35,404 nucleotides of DNA from the IMG/VR virus record IMGVR_UViG_3300017766_001853, positions 1 to 35,404 of that record; one strand, written 5' to 3'. The notes below the pieces were generated by a model. It had not been told where the DNA came from, made no database searches, and was given only the letters and a program-made list of their open reading frames with translations. Numbering within the stretch: position 1 is the stretch's first letter; every line of letters starts with the position of its first letter. Positions 18,657 through 25,424 of this stretch are shown here, in pieces. Source of the stretch: a virus (Duplodnaviria > Caudoviricetes). Position numbers and translations under genes: made by a program.

Positions 18657-18740
18657 CGACCAGAACAGACAACAGACTGAAGGCTCGCAACCTTCCTGAC
18701 CTATCCGAGCAGGGCTCACAACCCCCTCCAACTTTCCAAC
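18624..18740 (-). ncRNA. Putative phage small RNA with three hairpins sharing one loop motif
   Basis: Promoter TTGACT-17-TACAAA upstream. Three GG-TTGYGAG-CC stem-loops with different outer stems (18711-18725, 18679-18695, 18630-18656). The last is followed by T6. Confidence 0.7.
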
Positions 18741-18746
18741 GCGCAC

Positions 18747-18812
18747 TTTGTACTACGCCCCTGCAAGTTAGTCAATACAGATATTGACTTTTTTCTTATC
18801 GAAAAGCACCAT
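18747..18812. promoter_or_regulatory. Back-to-back divergent promoters around palindrome GTCAATA-caga-TATTGAC
   Basis: Minus: TTGACT (18770-18775)-17-TACAAA (18747-18752). Plus: TTGACT (18784-18789)-17-CACCAT (18807-18812)-6nt-ATG of the helicase. Confidence 0.65.
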
Positions 18813-18818
18813 GTGTGT

Positions 18819-20216
18819 ATGACTACCAGACAACACGGTGACCCTAAAGCCGAGAAGGACTTGCTTGGACTACTCATCAACTCGCCGCACCTCATCTCTG
18901 AGGTGTCGGAAGTCGTGTCCCCTTCGCACTTTACAGGAGACAGGGGCAAGCTGGTCTACGAGGCCATGCTGGCGCTGCACGGCAACGGCCAGATCCTAGA
19001 CTTCTCGTTGCTGTGCGACGAGCTAAACTCGAACGGCACGCTCAACAAGGTTGGCGGCAGGGCTGAGATTGCGGCTCTTGCTGGCAGGTACACCAACGAT
19101 GCGTTCATGGGCCACCTTGCTGGCCGCATCAGAGCACACGCTGCCCTGCGTGACCTTGGAGCTGTTGCGTCCGAGCTGCTGAACGAGAGCCAGTCGTCCA
19201 AGCCCGAGGAGTCGTCCATCCTCGACTTGGTGGACAAGGCGCAGGCGAAGCTCTCAGACATCATCTCATCAAACAAACAAGATGACGTCGGTGAAGCCTG
19301 CACCGAAATCGCATCCGTAGCCGAGATGCTGGTCAAGCCTAGGTCGTCCTCCATGCAGGGCGTGCCCACTGGCTTCCTTGACCTAGACGATGTGTTGTGC
19401 GGCCTGCGCCCCGGGCAGCTTGTCCTGTTGGCTGCTCGCTCTCGCGTCGGCAAGACTAGCCTCGCCTGCGACATCGTGAGGCAGGCCGCTACGGACAACC
19501 GCACCGTTGTATTCTTCTCCTTGGAGATGACGCGCCAGGAGATCTGGGAGCGCATGATCAGTGGGCAGGCTGGCATCAGCCTTCACGACATGCGGATGCG
19601 CGAGGCCACCGACGAGGAAAAAAATAAGGTCTCGTACGCTGCATCAGAGTTGGCGTCAATGTCGATCATCGTGAAGGACACACCCAACACGACGCCGCTT
19701 TCCATGCGAGGCTTCTCGCGCAAGATCATCAGCCGCAAGGGGAAGATCGACCTCATCGTGGTTGACTACCTACAGTGCATCCAGTCCGGCAAGGACAGGC
19801 AGTCGCGCTACGAGCTTGTTAGTGATGTGTCTCGCCAGATGAAGGTACTTGCCCGCACGCTGAACGTGCCTGTGCTTGCGCTGGCACAGCTAAACCGCAC
19901 GGCAGAGGACGAAGAGCCTCGCCTGTCGCACCTGCGCGAGTCAGGCGGCCTAGAGCAGGACGCTGACGTTGTTCTGCTGCTGAACAGGCCGCATGTGTTT
20001 GACAGCGAGAAGGATCCGACACTTGCAACTGTCGACATCGCCAAGCACCGCAACGGGCCGTGCCAGATGATCAACCTTCACTTCGAGGCTGGCAGCGTGA
20101 GTTTCAGGAACAGGGCTCCGAAGATTGAGGACTTCAGCAAGGTCTCGCAGGACTCGCCAGTGGCACCGCCTAGGAAGAAGAAGACCAACTGGTACGAGAA
20201 CGGACAGTTCGACTAA
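18819..20216 (+). CDS. dnaB: Replicative DNA helicase, DnaB family
   Basis: N-terminal AEKDLLG...F domain; motifs AARSRVGKTS, FFSLEM, IVVDYLQ, LAQLNR, LRESGGLEQDADVV, IAKHRNGP. Confidence 0.97.
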   Translation: MTTRQHGDPKAEKDLLGLLINSPHLISEVSEVVSPSHFTGDRGKLVYEAMLALHGNGQILDFSLLCDELNSNGTLNKVGGRAEIAALAGRYTNDAFMGHLAGRIRAHAALRDLGAVASELLNESQSSKPEESSILDLVDKAQAKLSDIISSNKQDDVGEACTEIASVAEMLVKPRSSSMQGVPTGFLDLDDVLCGLRPGQLVLLAARSRVGKTSLACDIVRQAATDNRTVVFFSLEMTRQEIWERMISGQAGISLHDMRMREATDEEKNKVSYAASELASMSIIVKDTPNTTPLSMRGFSRKIISRKGKIDLIVVDYLQCIQSGKDRQSRYELVSDVSRQMKVLARTLNVPVLALAQLNRTAEDEEPRLSHLRESGGLEQDADVVLLLNRPHVFDSEKDPTLATVDIAKHRNGPCQMINLHFEAGSVSFRNRAPKIEDFSKVSQDSPVAPPRKKKTNWYENGQFD

Positions 20217-20220
20217 AGCA

Positions 20221-20257
20221 GAAGGGGCTGGCCAGGGATTACCTAGCCAGCCCCTTC
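20221..20257. terminator. GC-rich hairpin between convergent genes
   Basis: 12-bp perfect inverted repeat GAAGGGGCTGGC/GCCAGCCCCTTC; U-tracts are weak. Confidence 0.6.
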
Positions 20258-20274
20258 ACTTGCTGCCTGCCTGT

Positions 20275-21195
20275 CTACTTCGAGCTAGGCTTCAGCTGCT
20301 TCAGCACACGGAACTTGCTTACCGACTCTTCCCGTGCAGGCAACTTGCGCGTCTGCTCTAAGAAGCTGAACCCAGAACCGTCCTTGAATCGGCCAGTCTC
20401 TGCGTCCCCAAGGGCTTCGAGGATCTTCACGCGCCCCATGCGCTCCATGTCTTCTCCCTCGCTAATCATCTCCTTGCCCTTCGCCATCATGTCAACGTAG
20501 GGAAGGAGTTCGTCGCTCAGGTCAACCGCCTTGCCTGCTTGACGGGCCATCGACTTGGCTGCCTCAACATCCTTCTCGTAGTTCATGGACGGGGGCACAC
20601 GCTTTTCAATGTGCTCCTCCCAGAACATGCGAATCATGTTGGTAGCCCAGCCCTCCCACCACTGTCTGTCGCGGCTGAGTCGATATAAACGCAGGCCCGG
20701 GGGGATCAGTGCCGACACATGCCCGAAGTCACAGTCGGCAATCATCATGTACAGCCTGCACTGAGTCTGCGGGCCGATAGGGCAATCCTCGCCCCATGGA
20801 TCATGGTAAATGGGGGCCTTCATCTCGACGATGAACGACCCATCCTGTCCCTGCCCGACGATGTCAGGCGTACCAACGAGGTACGGCATGCTGTCGTGCT
20901 GGATCATCTTCTTGTTCATCACCATGCCGCCGCCTAGCTGAGCCTGAAGCATCTTGAAGTGCAGCTCCTCGCTGTTGCTGCCCCATGCGAACAGCTCCTT
21001 CATGTCGTCGCTCAGCTCCTCAGGCGTGTCCGTGCCGTCAAGCTCAGACACAATCCGCAGGTACTCGGTGTAGGGTGTGCCGCGCACGCCCTTTTGGCCC
21101 GGGTACAAGATGTTGACCGCCGTGCTGATGTTGATCTTGCCCTTTCGGGCATAGTGCCACTCAGCTGACCCGTGCTCGATGTCCTTGATCCACAT
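20275..21195 (-). CDS. YqaJ/lambda-exonuclease family recombination nuclease
   Basis: GSAEWHYARKG, WGSNSEE, PYLVGTPDIV, IVEMK, QTQCRLYM. Confidence 0.88.
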   Translation of the reverse strand: MWIKDIEHGSAEWHYARKGKINISTAVNILYPGQKGVRGTPYTEYLRIVSELDGTDTPEELSDDMKELFAWGSNSEELHFKMLQAQLGGGMVMNKKMIQHDSMPYLVGTPDIVGQGQDGSFIVEMKAPIYHDPWGEDCPIGPQTQCRLYMMIADCDFGHVSALIPPGLRLYRLSRDRQWWEGWATNMIRMFWEEHIEKRVPPSMNYEKDVEAAKSMARQAGKAVDLSDELLPYVDMMAKGKEMISEGEDMERMGRVKILEALGDAETGRFKDGSGFSFLEQTRKLPAREESVSKFRVLKQLKPSSK

Positions 21196-21196
21196 G

Positions 21197-22051
21197 CTAC
21201 GCGCCCTTCTCTAGCTCGTTGCTGTACACCAAGAGCACGGCCTCCTCGACCTGCTTGGGAGCCTTGCCCTGCAAGTACTGCTCGGAGACCTTGTCGGACA
21301 GCCACTTCAGGTAGCCGATGCCCTCCTTCTGCATAGCAATGGAGTGCAGCTGCTGGTTCTTGAACTTTCCAAACGGCAGCGTCTGCGCGTACGCCCACTG
21401 AAGCGTCAGCGAAGGCGACACCGGGACGCCCATGATCACCGTGGGCATGTTCTCGGCAGGCACTTCCTCTCCGTTGAACTTGTCCACGAGGCGGTCCATG
21501 AATCCGTCGTCGCTAGATTCAGCCTCAACAGCTTGCGGCTGCTGAACTGGCTGAGCACGGACAGGGGGAGTAATCTCGCGCTCTACGCGCTGCGCCTTCA
21601 CGGGCGGGGGCAACGATGCGCTTGCGCGTTCAGTCTTGGACCACAGTTCAAGGGCAACGCCAAAACGCATGGCTGCGTTCCGTAGCGCGTCACCGATCAG
21701 CTGCTTCTCCGCGTCAAACACGTTCGGCTCTACGCTTCCGTAGCCGTAGCGGGTGACGCCGCACACGGTGAGACGGATCCACAGGCCAATCGGCTTGCCA
21801 GTCTTGTCACGCTCAAACTCAGGCACGCCCTCGTGCCAACGGCACGGCTGCCAGTTCCAGTCCGGGTCGATGTCCAACAAACGCTCGGTGATGTCGGCGT
21901 GGCCAACATAGTCCAGCATCGTGCCGCCCTTGGGCTTGCGGCTGATCTTCTCGGGAGGGAACGGGACCCGTAGGGCGTTCAGCTTCCCATGGCGCTCCGC
22001 TGTCTGCGCCGCTTCGGTTGCGACTTCGGTCGCTGTCTTGTGGTCTAACAT
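21197..22051 (-). CDS. Rad52/Sak-like single-strand annealing protein with C-terminal PFGK domain
   Basis: LRVPFP...LDYVGHADITERL...WIRLTVCGVTRYGYG...KQLIGDALRNAAMRFGVALELW; C-terminal LPFGKFKNQQL...YLKWL. Start at ATG 22051 preferred; GTG 22099 is possible. Confidence 0.82.
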   Translation of the reverse strand: MLDHKTATEVATEAAQTAERHGKLNALRVPFPPEKISRKPKGGTMLDYVGHADITERLLDIDPDWNWQPCRWHEGVPEFERDKTGKPIGLWIRLTVCGVTRYGYGSVEPNVFDAEKQLIGDALRNAAMRFGVALELWSKTERASASLPPPVKAQRVEREITPPVRAQPVQQPQAVEAESSDDGFMDRLVDKFNGEEVPAENMPTVIMGVPVSPSLTLQWAYAQTLPFGKFKNQQLHSIAMQKEGIGYLKWLSDKVSEQYLQGKAPKQVEEAVLLVYSNELEKGA

Positions 22052-22102
22052 TTTCCTAGATTCCGTTGTTGTCTCTTGACTTGATTTGCTACCATCCACT
22101 CA

Positions 22103-22657
22103 GTGGTTAGCCCACTGAGCTGGCAACGCGGACAAGTTATGCAATCAATCAACCTCTGTCAACAACTGTCACCTGAAAAAATCAAATACCTCACGAGCTG
22201 TAGCATTCCGGGCTGCGAGGTAAAGGTTTACAGGTACCGAGTAGCGAAGTGGAACTACCGCCCGCTGTGTGTCAGCCACTACAATAGATTGTCTCAGTAC
22301 GGCCACCCGCTAGAAGGTCCGCCGCTAAAGCCGAGGCGTCTGCCAGCGAAGAAGTACCTGCCAGGAATGTGGACTAGCCTCAAGAAGTGGGTCCGCAAGT
22401 ACGGGTTCAGGTTCAAGATTGTGACCTGCAAGCGGCTGGGCAAGGACTACAACGCCATGTATATCGCGGTTCCGGCCAACTCCACTGGCCCACGCGCTGG
22501 CTCCAGCAAGGTGATGCTGAGCATCGCTACTGTCTTGTGCTGGGAGCGCCTTGGCTGGACCATTACAGAGGAGCGCGGAGACGGCTGGCGAATGATCGCT
22601 GTCTTGCAAACTGAGTTTGACGGAGATCGTCTGCCAAGAAAAAGCAGCAAGGCGTGA
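22103..22657 (+). CDS. Basic protein with a C-x4-C...C-x2-H zinc-binding motif
   Basis: CSIPGC...LCVSHYNRLSQYGHPL, the type found N-terminal to many phage HNH proteins. Start uncertain (22103 or 22139). Confidence 0.6.
   Translation: MVSPLSWQRGQVMQSINLCQQLSPEKIKYLTSCSIPGCEVKVYRYRVAKWNYRPLCVSHYNRLSQYGHPLEGPPLKPRRLPAKKYLPGMWTSLKKWVRKYGFRFKIVTCKRLGKDYNAMYIAVPANSTGPRAGSSKVMLSIATVLCWERLGWTITEERGDGWRMIAVLQTEFDGDRLPRKSSKA
22134..22162 (-). promoter_or_regulatory. Sigma70-type promoter of the recombination operon
   Basis: Minus strand TTGACA (22157-22162)-17-TAACTT (22134-22139). Confidence 0.65.
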
Positions 22658-22746
22658 TATGATGCCCGCGGTGAATCCATGACAGTCGTAAAGTATCAAG
22701 TCACAACCGTTCGCCCGGTAGCCTCTCAGGCCTCGTCGGGCTGACG

Positions 22747-23199
22747 GTGCTTGTATACCCAATCGTTGTCGAGATCGACGACATCTGCTGGGAGTCCAGA
22801 TTCGTGAACCAGATCGTGTACGGGGCGTTCAACGAGGGGTCCAACTTCAAGGTTATGGCCCGCGTTGTCGGGCTTGACAATGCCGTGATTACTACGGCTG
22901 GAACCTGTTCGCTGCTCGTGTACGACCTGAACAGCGACGACCCGACGGCTGCGTTTTACACCAACGCAACCCTGTCGCCGAGCCCGATTGCTGCCCTGTC
23001 TACCACCTCGGGCTGGACGGTTGACTCCACTGGCTACAACTTCAGCTACACGATGCAGGACAGCGTTGTCTTTGCGTCTGCCGCTGCAACTGGCGGCCAC
23101 CGCTATCGCTTCGAGTTCAGCGTTCCGGCTGCGTCCGGCACCAATGGCACGGCGAAGATCGTGGCCATCATGACCTGCATGCCGAGCTACGGCACCTGA
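22747..23199 (+). CDS. Beta-sandwich-like hypothetical protein
   Basis: C/G-ending codon pattern; motifs ARVVG, WTVDSTGYNF, GHRYRFEF. True start may be GTG 22804 (GGGAG upstream). Confidence 0.65.
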   Translation: MLVYPIVVEIDDICWESRFVNQIVYGAFNEGSNFKVMARVVGLDNAVITTAGTCSLLVYDLNSDDPTAAFYTNATLSPSPIAALSTTSGWTVDSTGYNFSYTMQDSVVFASAAATGGHRYRFEFSVPAASGTNGTAKIVAIMTCMPSYGT

Positions 23200-23207
23200 T
23201 GGCCCTG

Positions 23208-23537
23208 TCAGAAGCTGGCGTAGTCCGTGTCGGCTGGACGAAGCCGATCATCGGGCCTGTCCTGATGGATGACGACCACGTTGTAGGATCGCTTCCACAT
23301 GTCTTTGTGTTCTTCGTGGTCTAGGCAGTTCACCATCAACTCCATGCCGACGTGCGTCTTTCGCACGTCAACCACGATGCCTGTGCAGTCGTAGACCACC
23401 GGCTTCCAGACCTTGTTCTTCGCGTTGGGCTTGCGCTGGTACGAGACCTTCTGTCCGATCCAGCCAAGGCTGTCGTCAATATGCTTCATCATCGACCTCG
23501 GCACGAACACAGTGCAGCCATCAATCCTCTGACTCAT
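23208..23537 (-). CDS. Hypothetical protein
   Basis: ATG 23537 gives a short overlap with the upstream gene; longer starts (23627, 23636) overlap it by more than 100 nt. Confidence 0.55.
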   Translation of the reverse strand: MSQRIDGCTVFVPRSMMKHIDDSLGWIGQKVSYQRKPNAKNKVWKPVVYDCTGIVVDVRKTHVGMELMVNCLDHEEHKDMWKRSYNVVVIHQDRPDDRLRPADTDYASF

Positions 23538-24069
23538 CCTCTTCGACTTCGTCTGCTTGCTGATCGACGGTGCCGGGCTGCTGCTCGTCTCTGAGATCGG
23601 AAGCCCGGTTGTAGGGTCCAACTTCATCTCTATCAATCTCCACTCTGCTGGACTTGGTTCCCGTTCGGCTGCCGAAGGCTGGCACTTCTTCAGGCGGCTG
23701 ACCTAGGTTTGCGAGGTACGTCAACTCGCGCTCGACATACTCCAGCTTGGCCAATGATACATAATCGTTCGCACGCCTCGTTGACTCGATATCCCTGCGG
23801 CACGCCCGCACAGCCCTACGCATTGATCTGATAATGACTTGCGCGTCTGAGTAGTCGTCTGCCGTGCCGTTCTGTGCAAGCTGTCGGCAGAACTCAGTCT
23901 CGCTGAGGAACAGCGAATCCAGCGCAGCTACAATGCCTCTCCAGTACGCGGCCTTCACAATCGGGTGATTGCTGTTGGCTGGCCCCAGCGACATATCGGC
24001 AAATCTACGGTACCTGACTCCACACCTTAGGGCGAAGCCGTACTTGAACCTGGTTCTGTTCCTAGTCAT
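23521..24069 (-). CDS. Hypothetical protein with acidic C-terminus
   Basis: 182-aa ORF, only long frame in the interval, ends DEVEEDESED. Confidence 0.55.
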   Translation of the reverse strand: MTRNRTRFKYGFALRCGVRYRRFADMSLGPANSNHPIVKAAYWRGIVAALDSLFLSETEFCRQLAQNGTADDYSDAQVIIRSMRRAVRACRRDIESTRRANDYVSLAKLEYVERELTYLANLGQPPEEVPAFGSRTGTKSSRVEIDRDEVGPYNRASDLRDEQQPGTVDQQADEVEEDESED

Positions 24070-24079
24070 TGCGAGCTTT

Positions 24080-24234
24080 TTGCTTGGCCGATGATGTTTG
24101 CTTGCTTAGCCGATGATATTTGTACACCGCGTAGCGCGTGCGCGCAAGTGCGCGTGCGCGTGCCCGCATGTACGCGAGGCCCCCTAACGCCCAGCTATAG
24201 GAATAAAGCCTACGCACATTAGCGTATAGGAATA
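24080..24234. repeat. Cluster of direct repeats and an alternating purine/pyrimidine tract
   Basis: TTGCTTRGCCGATGAT at 24080 and 24102 (22-bp period); GCGCGTGC-type tract 24134-24163; TATAGGAATA at 24196 and 24225. Confidence 0.75.
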
Positions 24235-24338
24235 TCTTCGCCGATTGCCATGATCTGCACATCGACGAGCCCGACATCGTTGTCGTGCTTGCCGTTCTCA
24301 CAACCAGACCGACCGATATCAAAAACAGACAGACAGCT

Positions 24339-25403
24339 ATGACAACCCAGAACCCGAACCCCTTCAGCGGCCTCGATCAGTACATCCGTAGCGTAGCCGA
24401 GAGCGTTGTGGAGTCCACGATGGGCGAAACGACCAAGGCCATGCGTACCAACGACCTCGACATGCCTTCCCGCAGTCGTGAGTTTATCCGTCAGGAACTC
24501 GCCAGCATGGCCGACTCGACCCGTGCGGCCCTTGTCGAGGGGACAGCGAACGCCGCCCGCCCGTACACGGCTGGCGTGTCGCCGCACTTCGTTGAAACCA
24601 CTACGGCCAAGTCTATTCGTCGCGCCATGGCCACGGCCAAGGCTGCCGACCGTTGGCTTGTGATTGTGTCCGGCCCCGCCGGAACTGGCAAGACCTTCCC
24701 CGCGCTGCAAGTCTCCCTCCGCACTGGCCGCCCCGTCTACCCCGTCGAGATCAGCGAGGCCACCACTCTGGACGACCTCTTTATGCGTCCGTGGGTGACT
24801 GGCCCGTCCACGATGGGCTGGGTGGAGGGCCCCGCAGTCCGCGCTGCACGCGAGGGCGGTATCCTTCTTCTGGATGAATGCGACCTAGCCAGTCCGCGCT
24901 TGATCGGCGGCCTTCACGGCTTGCTTGAGTCTGGACAGACCCGTCTGCGCTCAGGTGAATGGCTTCAGGCGCATCCCGACTTCGTGGTGATTGCCACCTG
25001 CAACGGCCTGCGGAGCAGCAAAGGCACCTATTCGACGCACTCGATTAGCACGGCCTTCGCCGACCGCGCCGTGTTCGTCGCTGCCGACTACCTGCCCGAG
25101 GCCGACGAGATCGCTATCCTGTCGCGCTACGGCTCCCCCGAAGCAGCCGCAGATACGCGCAGCGACCTTGTTGTCCTGCGCCGGATGTTCGAGGCTGGCG
25201 GGCTTCGCATCGCCCCGTCTACGCGCCGTGGGGCCGTTGTGGTCGCGGCCTTGGCCGCTGGTGCCAGCCGCGCCGATGCTTGGCAAATCGCTATGGTTTC
25301 GGGCTTGGACTCGAAGACTGCCGAGGAAGTAGGCCGCCAGCTAGCCGCCGCAGAAACGGCCCGCCAGTTGTCCGTCCCGACCGCAAACGGTGTCCTCCCC
25401 TGA
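24339..25403 (+). CDS. MoxR-type AAA+ ATPase (CbbQ/NirQ/NorQ/CobS-like)
   Basis: Walker A GPAGTGKT, Walker B ILLLDE, WVEGPAVRAAREG, HPDFVVIATCN, AFADR. Confidence 0.92.
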   Translation: MTTQNPNPFSGLDQYIRSVAESVVESTMGETTKAMRTNDLDMPSRSREFIRQELASMADSTRAALVEGTANAARPYTAGVSPHFVETTTAKSIRRAMATAKAADRWLVIVSGPAGTGKTFPALQVSLRTGRPVYPVEISEATTLDDLFMRPWVTGPSTMGWVEGPAVRAAREGGILLLDECDLASPRLIGGLHGLLESGQTRLRSGEWLQAHPDFVVIATCNGLRSSKGTYSTHSISTAFADRAVFVAADYLPEADEIAILSRYGSPEAAADTRSDLVVLRRMFEAGGLRIAPSTRRGAVVVAALAAGASRADAWQIAMVSGLDSKTAEEVGRQLAAAETARQLSVPTANGVLP

Positions 25404-25424
25404 TCCACGAAGGTAGGTGAAACC

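Noticed and set aside
18630-18725. Mini-CRISPR or tRNA reading of the three repeats
   Set aside because: The repeat core is only 11 nt with irregular spacing; no cas genes, cloverleaf or T-loop motif.
24087-24319. Sigma28-like GCCGAT -10 boxes
   Set aside because: Several CCGAT matches but no correctly spaced TAAA -35.
24062-24322. 86-aa minus ORF containing RARARALAR
   Set aside because: Translation of the alternating repeat tract; weak start; better explained as non-coding.
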